Positions 29,578 through 37,753 of a stretch of 64,000 nucleotides of DNA are shown here, in pieces. Made by a program: the position numbers and the translations under genes. Each line of letters begins with the position of its first letter. Positions within the stretch are counted from its first letter, which is position 1. The notes under the pieces were generated by a model, which did no database searches, was not told the origin of the DNA, and saw only the letters and a program-made list of their open reading frames with translations. The DNA is taken from the NCBI GenBank assembly GCA_041601615.1, contig JBFIHX010000001.1, positions 128,001 to 192,000 of the forward strand, given 5' to 3'. This stretch comes from Thermoplasmatota archaeon. Lineage in GTDB: Archaea; Thermoplasmatota; E2; JACPAO01; JAHFTW01.

Positions 29578-30393
29578 TTAGAGCTTGGTCGATGGCTTGG
29601 CAAATTGGGTCCAGTCCGTACCCGGTGCTCCTGCAATGAAGTGCGGATTACGCCAGTCCCCGTGGCCATAGCGAAGCGGCAGCCCTTCGAGATCCGTGAG
29701 GGTGCCGCCTGCGCCAAGAAGCACGGCGTTTGCTGCGGCGGTATCCCAGTGCATCGTGGGCCCAAGTCGAGGATAGACGTCGGCGGCGCCTTCGGCGACC
29801 CGACAGATCTTGAGGCTGGATCCATAGGAGTGCTCCGAGACTTGGTAGCCGCTGGCAGCCAGGGCTTCCACGTATCGGTCCACGTCGGGGCCACGGTGGC
29901 TGGTGCTGGCCACCACACGGCAGTCGCGGCCCTGAAGCGGCGGGCATGAAATTGGCTCCCAGGAACCGTTTTGCAGGCTCGATGCGCCCTCTCCCGGCAC
30001 ACCCCACCATGCCTCGTTCAAGACGGGCGCTGTGACCATACCGGCCACGGCTCGACCATTCTGCACCAGAGCAACATTGACCGTCCATTCGTCGCGGCCT
30101 TTCAGAAACTCCTTGGTGCCATCCAACGGGTCAATGAGCCAGAATGCATCGCCGGTCTCCCGTCCCGAGCCTTCTTCGGACACCACGGGCAAATCGAGGA
30201 CGCTTGCCAATCCGCCATCCAGGACCTTATGCGAAGCCAAGTCCGCCGCCGTTACTGGGGAGCGGTCGTCCTTGCTCTCGACTCCAATGGCGCCCGACGA
30301 GAGAAATTCTTGGCGCAGTTTCATTATTTCCTCGCCCGCCATCTCTACCAGCGGCAGCAGGCGCGTGCAAAGGTCCGCAGGAAGTGGCTTCAC
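29578..30393 (-). CDS. cysQ: 3'(2'),5'-bisphosphate nucleotidase
   Basis: KDDRSPVTAAD, SEE, WLIDPLDGTKEF, GSSLK, YPRLGPTMHWDTAA. Confidence 0.95.
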   Translation of the reverse strand: MKPLPADLCTRLLPLVEMAGEEIMKLRQEFLSSGAIGVESKDDRSPVTAADLASHKVLDGGLASVLDLPVVSEEGSGRETGDAFWLIDPLDGTKEFLKGRDEWTVNVALVQNGRAVAGMVTAPVLNEAWWGVPGEGASSLQNGSWEPISCPPLQGRDCRVVASTSHRGPDVDRYVEALAASGYQVSEHSYGSSLKICRVAEGAADVYPRLGPTMHWDTAAANAVLLGAGGTLTDLEGLPLRYGHGDWRNPHFIAGAPGTDWTQFAKPSTKL

Positions 30394-30529
30394 AAGCGCG
30401 GCACACAGGTCCGATTCATGAGTGCATGGGCGAGACGATGATCACCCTTCGGCCTGCCTCCGTGGGACAACCGACAAAAACCGCTTGAAGCGGCCATTCG
30501 CCACCGAAAAATTGGTGGGGAAGAAGAAG

Positions 30530-30602
30530 TGCTCCTGCCGGGATTTGAACCCGAGTCGACGCCTTGAAAGGGCATCATGATTGGCCACTACACCACAGGA
30601 GC
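30530..30602 (-). tRNA. tRNA-Glu (UUC)
   Basis: GCTCCTG/CAGGAGC acceptor stem, ATGCC-CTTTCAA-GGCGT anticodon arm, GGTTCAAATCC T-arm; no CCA. Confidence 0.96.
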
Positions 30603-30671
30603 GCGGGGGGACTTGGCGGCCGACTCAGGTCCCCGTCATAATAGTTTGGTATCGATCCAGGAGGCGCTTGG

Positions 30672-30986
30672 CTAGGCTTCGGCGCTGATTTGGTTGACGG
30701 GAGCCTTGCAGCTTCGGCAGATTTGGCGGGGTTTGTAGTTGAAGGCGCCGCAGCCGGTGCACGATTCTCCGACGGGGCAGGTGCCTTGGTAGTCGCGGGC
30801 TTTGGTGGTGCGGCGTAGGTACCATTCTACGTTGCCTACGGTGAGGACGGTGAGGCCGAGGGCGGCGAGAAACACGGTGACACCTATGCGGGGGCCGGTT
30901 GCGGCGCCGGGCATGATGGTGCCGGTGCCGACGAGCACGGATAGGACTGCGAGCGCGAGGGCCCAGAAGATCGCCTTGCGGTTCAC
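30672..30986 (-). CDS. Small membrane protein with C-terminal zinc ribbon
   Basis: Two TM helices, then CP-x4-CTGC...CRSC. Confidence 0.65.
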   Translation of the reverse strand: MNRKAIFWALALAVLSVLVGTGTIMPGAATGPRIGVTVFLAALGLTVLTVGNVEWYLRRTTKARDYQGTCPVGESCTGCGAFNYKPRQICRSCKAPVNQISAEA

Positions 30987-31360
30987 ATCGCGGGCGAGTC
31001 AGCGGGGGTCTTGGGTGTTCGGGTCTTGGCGGTTGACGGGTCTGCCCGAGGTGCGTGCGGATGGAATTGGGTGCCTCAAGCGGCGTTTCCAAAGTGCTCA
31101 TATACGGTGGGCAAGAATGGGACGTTCGTGACCGACCTGGTCCACCTTATGCACCCGCGCATGACGCGCTGCATGAGCAAGCGACAGGTCGCGATTGTGA
31201 AGCGCACGAATGTGTGCTTCTGCGACGAGCGCGCCTAGACATCCGAAGCGACGCTTGTCGCGATGGAAGGTGTCTACTGATGCGCCCGTTCGGCAACAAA
31301 CCAAGAGCCAGTGCTGCGATCGCCCCTACCCAGTCTGAGGACAAGCTCGGCGCTTCCTCG

Positions 31361-31807
31361 ATGGAAGTGAAGCGCGAAGCGATGAACCTGCTTTTGATGA
31401 CGTGCTTGGGCGCTGTGGACGGCACCATCCTCCTCCTGGCCGCTTCCGGAGCCCTTGCAAGCATCGGATCTGCCGTGGTGGTGGGCCTGACTGTGGTATC
31501 TGGAGCTGGAGCCTGGATTGCGGCATACCAGGCGTTTGGCGGCCGCAAGCACAGTGCTCGTGATTACCGGGCCCTTGCGGGCATCGCGTTGTTGTCGATT
31601 GTTGCGACCGTCGCGGCGGCGTGGCTTGGTATGGCGCTCGGGGAAGCGGTGCGCTTCCATGTTCTGCCAAAAGCCGTTGGCGTTGTGCTGTTCTTGGTGG
31701 GCGCCGAAGTTGCAGGCTTGCGCTTGCCTCGCCCAGGACATGCGCCTTTGCCGCTGCTCGTCGTGGGTGCAGCGGTTCTCGTGGAGGTGGTGTTGTGGAT
31801 CCCTTGA
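31361..31807 (+). CDS. Hypothetical integral membrane protein
   Basis: About 5 hydrophobic helices; overlaps the next small ORF. Confidence 0.6.
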   Translation: MEVKREAMNLLLMTCLGAVDGTILLLAASGALASIGSAVVVGLTVVSGAGAWIAAYQAFGGRKHSARDYRALAGIALLSIVATVAAAWLGMALGEAVRFHVLPKAVGVVLFLVGAEVAGLRLPRPGHAPLPLLVVGAAVLVEVVLWIP

Positions 31808-32043
31808 CAGCGAGCCTCTTGGCGGCGTCTGTGGCGTGGTTGAGCATCCTGGCGGTGGTGCATTTGCCTGCGGGCCGCTTGCCAGTGCGTCGGTTGCGCG
31901 TGGTCGGCGGGCTTACCATTGCGGCGTTGGGGGCGGTGGTGCTGGGCGTGCCTTTGCCCGGGTGGGCGCCGGTGGCGGTGCTTGTGGGTGGCGGGTTGGT
32001 CGTGGTGCTACGATCTGCTCCCGTGCCCGCTTCGCCTGGGTGA
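31795..32043 (+). CDS. Small hypothetical membrane protein
   Basis: GTG start overlapping the upstream gene; 3 hydrophobic segments. Confidence 0.5.
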   Translation: MDPLTASLLAASVAWLSILAVVHLPAGRLPVRRLRVVGGLTIAALGAVVLGVPLPGWAPVAVLVGGGLVVVLRSAPVPASPG

Positions 32044-32067
32044 CGGTTCGCCGGGCGGGGCTTCGGC

Positions 32068-32253
32068 TTAGTCGTCCATGCGCTTGCGGACCCAGTACCA
32101 GATGCCCACGCCTGCTGCGGCCACGAGTGCCAGGACGACGAGAATGATGGCGATGTCGCTGCCGCCAACACTGCCGTCTTCACAGACGCTTAGGAGGTTC
32201 CAGCCGCTGGAGCTGGCTGCTTCACATTCGTGTTGGGGCGCAAACACAAGCAT
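32068..32253 (-). CDS. Small single-pass membrane protein
   Basis: C-terminal hydrophobic helix plus RKR; follows the NUDIX gene on the same strand. Confidence 0.4.
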   Translation of the reverse strand: MLVFAPQHECEAASSSGWNLLSVCEDGSVGGSDIAIILVVLALVAAAGVGIWYWVRKRMDD

Positions 32254-32271
32254 CGAGCCGGGCGGGGGCTC

Positions 32272-32715
32272 TTAGACGCTTTGGACCGCTTGACCAAAGT
32301 TGATGCCGAGCGCCTCGCCCATTTCCGCGTACGGATCGTCGGGAAATGCGAGTTCTTCGATAGGCGGAAGCTCGGTGCACCATTGCATGGCACGGATTGC
32401 TTCGGCTTCGTGCACGGGCTGCACTTTGGCGCCCAGGTGGCCCTTGAAGACGAAGCAAGTGCCGTTGGATTTCTGGAGCTTCAGGACAAACTTGGGTTCC
32501 GACAGGAGGTGGCCGGTTTCTTCGCGAAATTCGCGCAGCGCCGCGTGGACGGGGCCTTCCGTGTCTTCCACTTTGCCGCCGGGGAGTTCCCAGCCGCGTT
32601 CGCGGTGCTCGACCATCAAGAATTCGGTGCGGCCCTCGGTTTCGCGTGTGGCTACGATGATGGCGTAGGCAAGATCGGCCGGTTCATTGGTCGCGGAGGT
32701 AGGCGCCGAGGTCAT
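32272..32715 (-). CDS. NUDIX hydrolase
   Basis: WELPGGKVE-x7-ALREFREETG Nudix box. Confidence 0.92.
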   Translation of the reverse strand: MTSAPTSATNEPADLAYAIIVATRETEGRTEFLMVEHRERGWELPGGKVEDTEGPVHAALREFREETGHLLSEPKFVLKLQKSNGTCFVFKGHLGAKVQPVHEAEAIRAMQWCTELPPIEELAFPDDPYAEMGEALGINFGQAVQSV

Positions 32716-33190
32716 GAAGGGGGGCGACAGCTTCTGTCTGGCCCTTGAACCTGCCGACGACTTGTCCCAGGCCGATGCCTTCGCCGCGTACGTTGGATAC
32801 GACGCAGGCGTCGCCGTCGCGTAGGCGCGGGTCGAAGCTCTCTACGGAGTCGCCGAGGATGTTTTTGCTGTAGAGGAACATGCGCGTGGCTTGTTCGGAG
32901 CAGCGCACGACTTGGGCGCGGGTTTCGCGGGCCCAGATGATGCTGCCTTGCAAGTCGAGGCCGAAGCCGTCGTCGTCGAGGACTCCGATGGGGAGGCCGC
33001 CCCCGGCTGCCATGGCCCAGAGGTCTTCGGGGCGGTCCCAGAGGTCCTTGGGTACGAGGCTGACAACGCGGTTTTCGCCGTCGTGGATGGCAAGTACGCG
33101 GTCTCCGAGCACTTTGCGCGCGAGGCCTTTTTCGGCGGCGTTGAAGAACCGGAGGACTTCTTGTTCTTCGTCCAAGGTAGGCTGTCTCAT
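32684..33190 (-). CDS. Nip7-like ribosome biogenesis protein (PUA domain)
   Basis: GLPIG, FLYSKNI, C-terminal DLGAYLR; directly downstream of the Nop2-like methyltransferase. Confidence 0.75.
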   Translation of the reverse strand: MRQPTLDEEQEVLRFFNAAEKGLARKVLGDRVLAIHDGENRVVSLVPKDLWDRPEDLWAMAAGGGLPIGVLDDDGFGLDLQGSIIWARETRAQVVRCSEQATRMFLYSKNILGDSVESFDPRLRDGDACVVSNVRGEGIGLGQVVGRFKGQTEAVAPLHDLGAYLRDQ

Positions 33191-34224
33191 GTGGCCTCAC
33201 CTCCGTCCATGTCTTTGCGAAGGCGCGCTACGAAGAAGCCAAGCGTGGGGTGGACGCCGGGCAGGAAGCGGCGGGCGTGAGCCACGTCTTCGCTGAGTTC
33301 TAGGCCGGGCCATTCCGTGATGCCGGGCAGAAGCGGCACGCCGCCGCACTTGTCGAAGGGCAATGGCTCGATGGTGTATCCGGAGTCGAGCATCATTTGC
33401 ACTTGGGCTTCGTTTTCCTCCGGCGCGAAGGTGCAGGTGGCGTAGACCAGTACGCCGCCCGGTTTGAGGATGCGGTCGGCAGATTCCAAGAGTTCCTCCT
33501 GGAGGCTGGATAGGGTGCCGACTTCTTCGAGGCGTCCGCGTTTGCGTTTGCGGTCCTTGGGAATGGTGCCTTCGCCGGTGCAGGGGGCGTCGAGCAGGAC
33601 GCGGTCGGCCCATTCTTCGCCGGGCAATTCCTGAGCCGGTTTTTGGTGCCACATGGCGCAACTGACGCCGCCTCGTTCGAGGTTGAAGCTGAGGGCGCGG
33701 ACGCGGGCCTCGTCGGGTTCGGAAGCTACGATGAGGCCGTGGTCGTCCATGTCGCCGGCCATGTGTAGCGTCTTCACGCCGGGGGCCGCTGCGAGGTCTG
33801 CGATGGTTTCTCCGGGCTTGGCGCCGAGTGCGATGGGTGCTGCGGCGCTGGCAAGGTCCTGGGGTGTGGTCATTCCCAGGAGGTGTTCTTGCGTAGCGCC
33901 AACACTGATGGGTGCTTCGCGCACGCGCATGACGTTGCGGTCGAGGTCGGTAGCACCTAGGGAGAAACCGCGGGCTTCGAGCCGTTTGCGGACGGCGGGG
34001 GCCTTGATGCGGAGGGGATTGGCTCGAATGTATTGGGGGGCGGTGTGCACGAGGCCGTCGAGGAATCGGGACGAGAAGCCGCGTTCTTTTGTGGCTTCGA
34101 CGCCTAGGTCCTCGTAGTAGCGGGCCATGTGGACCCAACGGGCGGCGAGCCAATCGTCTGCACGGTTTTTGCGTGCCCATTCTCGGATTCGGGGGCCGGC
34201 GGCGATGCGGGCTGCGTCAGGCAT
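33187..34224 (-). CDS. RsmB/Nop2 family RNA m5C methyltransferase
   Basis: DLAAAPGVKT, DRVLLDAPCTGEG (motif IV), YATCT (motif VI), GFFVA. Confidence 0.93.
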   Translation of the reverse strand: MPDAARIAAGPRIREWARKNRADDWLAARWVHMARYYEDLGVEATKERGFSSRFLDGLVHTAPQYIRANPLRIKAPAVRKRLEARGFSLGATDLDRNVMRVREAPISVGATQEHLLGMTTPQDLASAAAPIALGAKPGETIADLAAAPGVKTLHMAGDMDDHGLIVASEPDEARVRALSFNLERGGVSCAMWHQKPAQELPGEEWADRVLLDAPCTGEGTIPKDRKRKRGRLEEVGTLSSLQEELLESADRILKPGGVLVYATCTFAPEENEAQVQMMLDSGYTIEPLPFDKCGGVPLLPGITEWPGLELSEDVAHARRFLPGVHPTLGFFVARLRKDMDGGEAT

Positions 34225-34906
34225 GGGTCCTCAGGTTGTAGATGAATCCCCTTTCGGGGCTTGCGTAGCTTGCTCCGCGCACGGAGCCTTTGGGATCGGC
34301 GACCAATTCGAACCAGGTTCGTTGGTTGGTCTCTTTGCCGCCGAGCCCCGGCAGCACGTCGGTTTCGCGTGCCACCTGCACGAAGGCGATGGCGACGAAG
34401 GAGGTGCTGCTTCTGCCGTCGACACCTACTTCGGCGTGGATGCGTACGGTGATGTCGTCTTCGTCGAACAGGTTGCCGCTGGCATCTCGAATGGCGCCTT
34501 CGTGGTTGAACCACTGGGCCTTGACGCCGTTGCGCAAAGTGCGGCTACCCTCGCGGTCTTCTCGGCCGTCGATGCGAATTCCTTCTCGTTCGATGGCTGC
34601 GTCCACCACTTCGCGGGTGAATCGCAAGAGTTCGGAGGTGCTTTGGCGTTCTCCGCCTCGGAAGCTGAACACTTGCAGAATGCCTCCGAAGGGAGGATCA
34701 CTCGTGGACGGATTGTGGCTGTAGAGTGTCTCGATGCTTTTGGCTCCAAAAGCGCCGCCTTGTTGGGGGTGGAAGGTGACGTTCCAGGGTAGTCCACTGG
34801 CATCGATGGTCGCTTGGGGTACGGCTGCACGGTGGGGGTCGAAGCACCCGGAGAGGCCTGCGCTGGTTACGAGGCAGAGTGCGAGCCAAAACCCCCCGTG
34901 GCGCAT
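34217..34906 (-). CDS. Hypothetical lipoprotein
   Basis: Signal peptide with lipobox LSGC. Confidence 0.65.
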   Translation of the reverse strand: MRHGGFWLALCLVTSAGLSGCFDPHRAAVPQATIDASGLPWNVTFHPQQGGAFGAKSIETLYSHNPSTSDPPFGGILQVFSFRGGERQSTSELLRFTREVVDAAIEREGIRIDGREDREGSRTLRNGVKAQWFNHEGAIRDASGNLFDEDDITVRIHAEVGVDGRSSTSFVAIAFVQVARETDVLPGLGGKETNQRTWFELVADPKGSVRGASYASPERGFIYNLRTHA

Positions 34907-34927
34907 GGGCCGTCGAAGTCCGATGCC

Positions 34928-34936
34928 CTTGTTAGC
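34928..34936. promoter_or_regulatory. Candidate shared AT-rich promoter element between divergent genes
   Basis: Short AT-rich patch in a 51-bp gap, about 26 nt from both starts (34906 and 34958). Confidence 0.35.
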
Positions 34937-34957
34937 CGCTTCCTAGTGACGGGGTTC

Positions 34958-35509
34958 GTGTATGAGGTGGAGGTGAAGCTCCTGCTGCTGTCGCCAGCAG
35001 CGTTGCGGGACCGTTTGCGGCGGCTTGGCGCAGCGCCGGGCGGGGTCGTTGTGCAGACGGATCGCTATCTTCGTCATCCTTGCCGCGACCTAGTGGCCAA
35101 CGATGAGGCGTTTCGGGTGCGCCATGAGGTTTGGGAGGGCGCAGTACGGCAGGAGCGTTGGCGGACCACCTACAAGGGGCCCCGTGTGGCGTCGCAACAA
35201 AAGGCACGGGTGGAGCATGATCTGGAAGTTGCTTCGGACCCGTTGCCGCAGTTGCTAGCGCTTGGATTCCTGGCCGCGGCGGGTGTGCGCAAGCGGCGCG
35301 AGTCGTGGTCCTTGCAGGGTTTGTCGGTGGCGTTGGACGACGTAGAGGGCCTTGGTTGGTTTGCGGAAGTGGAGTGTGTCAGCGACGAATGGGAGGTCGC
35401 GGGCAGGCGCGTCGAGGAGGCTGTGAAGGAGCTTGGGCTGGGCGGCGCGGATCGATTCCGGGAGTCTTACCTGGAGTTGGCCTTGGCGGCGGGCGCTTCG
35501 ATTTCGTAG
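34958..35509 (+). CDS. cyaB: CYTH domain protein (class IV adenylate cyclase/triphosphatase family)
   Basis: YEVEVK (ExExK), QTDRYL, TYKGP, VRKRR, LDDVEGLGWFAEVE, SYLEL. Confidence 0.88.
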   Translation: MYEVEVKLLLLSPAALRDRLRRLGAAPGGVVVQTDRYLRHPCRDLVANDEAFRVRHEVWEGAVRQERWRTTYKGPRVASQQKARVEHDLEVASDPLPQLLALGFLAAAGVRKRRESWSLQGLSVALDDVEGLGWFAEVECVSDEWEVAGRRVEEAVKELGLGGADRFRESYLELALAAGASIS

Positions 35510-35931
35510 CTCCACGAAACCGGTACTTTGAGCGCTCGACTGATGGTGCAGACGCGGTCGGTGAGTTTCAGGAGCGTGTCGGTGCCGTCGTCGGCGGAGA
35601 GCGTCCAGTGGAGCCTGACTTCTTGGATGTCGGAAGCATCGTCGAAGTGCAGGTCGCCGCGCAATCGGATGGCTTTGACTTCTTTGCCGCGTTTCTTGGC
35701 GACTTTGTAGAACGTGGACAATTGGCAAGCAAGGAGTCCTGCAAGCAGAAGTTCGGATGCCATGAGGCCGTCGTCGCGGCCGCCCAGTGCGCTGGGTTTG
35801 TCTTGGATGAGATGGATGCCTCGTGCTTCGATCGTGCAGCTCACGGGGCTGCGGGGTTCGGCGGTGGCGGTCTCGATGTCCATGGATGGTCGGACCCGGG
35901 CTTGTTCAAGAACCAGGCGGGTATTTTGCAT
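35467..35931 (-). CDS. OsmC family protein
   Basis: DKPSALGGRDDG, ELLLAGLLAC, second Cys in CTISRAL. Confidence 0.85.
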   Translation of the reverse strand: MQNTRLVLEQARVRPSMDIETATAEPRSPVSCTIEARGIHLIQDKPSALGGRDDGLMASELLLAGLLACQLSTFYKVAKKRGKEVKAIRLRGDLHFDDASDIQEVRLHWTLSADDGTDTLLKLTDRVCTISRALKVPVSWSYEIEAPAAKANSR

Positions 35932-37077
35932 TCATCCCGAGTTGCCAAGTGCGGCGCTGGACCCGGGGGGCTCGGGCGACAGAGGAGGCCCGTGGAGCAC
36001 GCGCACGAGTCGGGTTTCGTTGTAGCCACTGGTGATGCGGATGTATGCTGGAGCCTCTGCGTCCCATGCGGTGTCGCCGCTGTCCACGTGGACGCCTCGC
36101 AATCCCAGGAGCTTCTCGGGAGGCGCCAGCACATGCAAATTGAGCCATCCGGCGTGACGAAGGACCTTTGGGGTCAGGACTTGGGTGCCGCGTCCAAGAA
36201 GCATTCCTTGGCCACCAATCAAGGAGAGCCAGATGTGGACGGTGCCTTGGTGGTTCGAGAGGAGTTCTGCGAGTGCGGGCCCGTCGAGGTCCGTCGCGAC
36301 GATGCGATCGCCGAGAATTGCGTCCACCCCTAGGAGTGTGGGTGTCCCCCAAAATTGTGACTTGAGGGCTCGGCAGACACTGCCGGCGCCCACCAGATGA
36401 AGCGCATCGGGGTCCCAGTCACGAAGCACTTGTTCCACGAGGGGCTCGAGTGGGGTGTCGCCGCTCGTGGGCACCTTGCCTCCTTGGATCGCGGGGCTCA
36501 CAGGCACGAGGAGGCTGCCCTTCAAGACGACCTCCACGCGACCGTCGCGGTACGCTTCTTCGTCGAGGTCTGTTACGTCGCGGGCGATGGTTTCGAAACC
36601 CGGCAGCAATTGAGACACAAGCCATGCGGCCTCCTCTGGATCGTGGGCAAAGACCGGGCTGGTGATCTTGACGCCGCCCGGTACACCGAGGCAAGGAATC
36701 GTGTCGCCCACGGCCGCAGCCACGTCTGCCGCCGTTCCGTCCCCGCCCACGAACACCAATAAATCGACGCCAGCATCACGCAAGGCAATGGCGGCGGCAC
36801 GAGTGTCTTCGGAGGTCGTTTCACCAAATCCAGACACCGCCCCGGGGATGCACGTGCATTCATCGAGGCCCAAAACGCCGGGTGCACAAAGCAGGTCTAC
36901 GTCGTGTTCCAGCGCCGAAACGAAGCGGCGGGCCCGTTCGTGGGCATGCGGCTGGAACCCCCGCTCGAGCGCCAGGCGCCAGTCGTGGTCGCTGCCCTTG
37001 AGGCCCGCTTCGCCGCCAAGTCCCGCGATGGGGTTGACGAGGAGGGCGATGGAAAGGTTCTTGCTCGGGGAGGTCAC
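35932..37077 (-). CDS. ATP-NAD kinase family protein
   Basis: VNPIAGLGG..GLKGSD, GGDGTA, GVPGGVK, TLLGVD, GGQG.LLGRG. Confidence 0.88.
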   Translation of the reverse strand: MTSPSKNLSIALLVNPIAGLGGEAGLKGSDHDWRLALERGFQPHAHERARRFVSALEHDVDLLCAPGVLGLDECTCIPGAVSGFGETTSEDTRAAAIALRDAGVDLLVFVGGDGTAADVAAAVGDTIPCLGVPGGVKITSPVFAHDPEEAAWLVSQLLPGFETIARDVTDLDEEAYRDGRVEVVLKGSLLVPVSPAIQGGKVPTSGDTPLEPLVEQVLRDWDPDALHLVGAGSVCRALKSQFWGTPTLLGVDAILGDRIVATDLDGPALAELLSNHQGTVHIWLSLIGGQGMLLGRGTQVLTPKVLRHAGWLNLHVLAPPEKLLGLRGVHVDSGDTAWDAEAPAYIRITSGYNETRLVRVLHGPPLSPEPPGSSAALGNSG

Positions 37078-37427
37078 GGCCAGCCAAGCCTCGATCGGAT
37101 GGATGCAAGTTCCTTCGTAAACTCCGGCAGAACGTCTTCAATGATGTCCCAGAGTGCTACGAGATCAATGGTGTCGTAGGCATGGATCAGGACGTCTCGA
37201 AGCCCTGCAACTTTGCGCCAAGGCAGGTGCGGATGGGCCTCTCGGAAGCCCGGGGACAACCGCTTGGTGGCTTCGCCCATGACCTCGAAGGCGCGGATGA
37301 TTGCGTGGGTCTCCATGCCTCGCTCTTGGAATTTTTCTCGGTCAATGGTGGCTGCGAATTCCATGGCCTTTTGGGCATACTCCAAGATGTCGTGGAGGTG
37401 AATCGGGTCGCGTTCTTGGGGCTTCAG
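37074..37427 (-). CDS. HepT/DUF86 HEPN ribonuclease toxin
   Basis: LHDILE...EVMGEA...PWRKVAGLRDVLIHAY (RX4HXY); probable CTG start at 37427, otherwise TTG at 37385. Confidence 0.88.
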   Translation of the reverse strand: MKPQERDPIHLHDILEYAQKAMEFAATIDREKFQERGMETHAIIRAFEVMGEATKRLSPGFREAHPHLPWRKVAGLRDVLIHAYDTIDLVALWDIIEDVLPEFTKELASIRSRLGWP

Positions 37428-37753
37428 ACCGGCACCGCCTCGGCAAGGATTCGGTCTCGCAGGAGCGGATGGATGCTGCGTCGACTTACCAGGTCCACTC
37501 GCTTTCCGAGTGCGTCCTCGACGGCCTGTTTGAAGCCGACGAAGTCCAGGAGGTTGCGGCCGGGGCCAAGATCGACAAGCAGGTCGAGATCGCTGTCGGG
37601 GCGTGCCTCGCCGCGTGCCACGGAGCCGAACACCTCAACGTGCTCCATGCCGTTGGCCGCTGCGGCCTCGTGGATGGCGATGCGGTCTGCATCGGTCAGC
37701 CCGTGTTCGTCCACATTCTTTGATGGCGCTTGTCCTTGAAAACCGCCGCTCAT
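37424..37753 (-). CDS. MNT nucleotidyltransferase antitoxin
   Basis: VFGSVARGEARPDSDLDLLV (GSX10DXD), LGKRVDLV; ATGA overlap with the gcvPB stop. Confidence 0.9.
   Translation of the reverse strand: MSGGFQGQAPSKNVDEHGLTDADRIAIHEAAAANGMEHVEVFGSVARGEARPDSDLDLLVDLGPGRNLLDFVGFKQAVEDALGKRVDLVSRRSIHPLLRDRILAEAVPV

Noticed and set aside
30400-30602. tRNA-Glu as the integration site of the glycan cluster
   Set aside because: The cluster abuts the tRNA 3' end, but I found no duplicated tRNA 3' segment and no integrase in the window. The 11-nt match near 40675 is short and on the wrong side.
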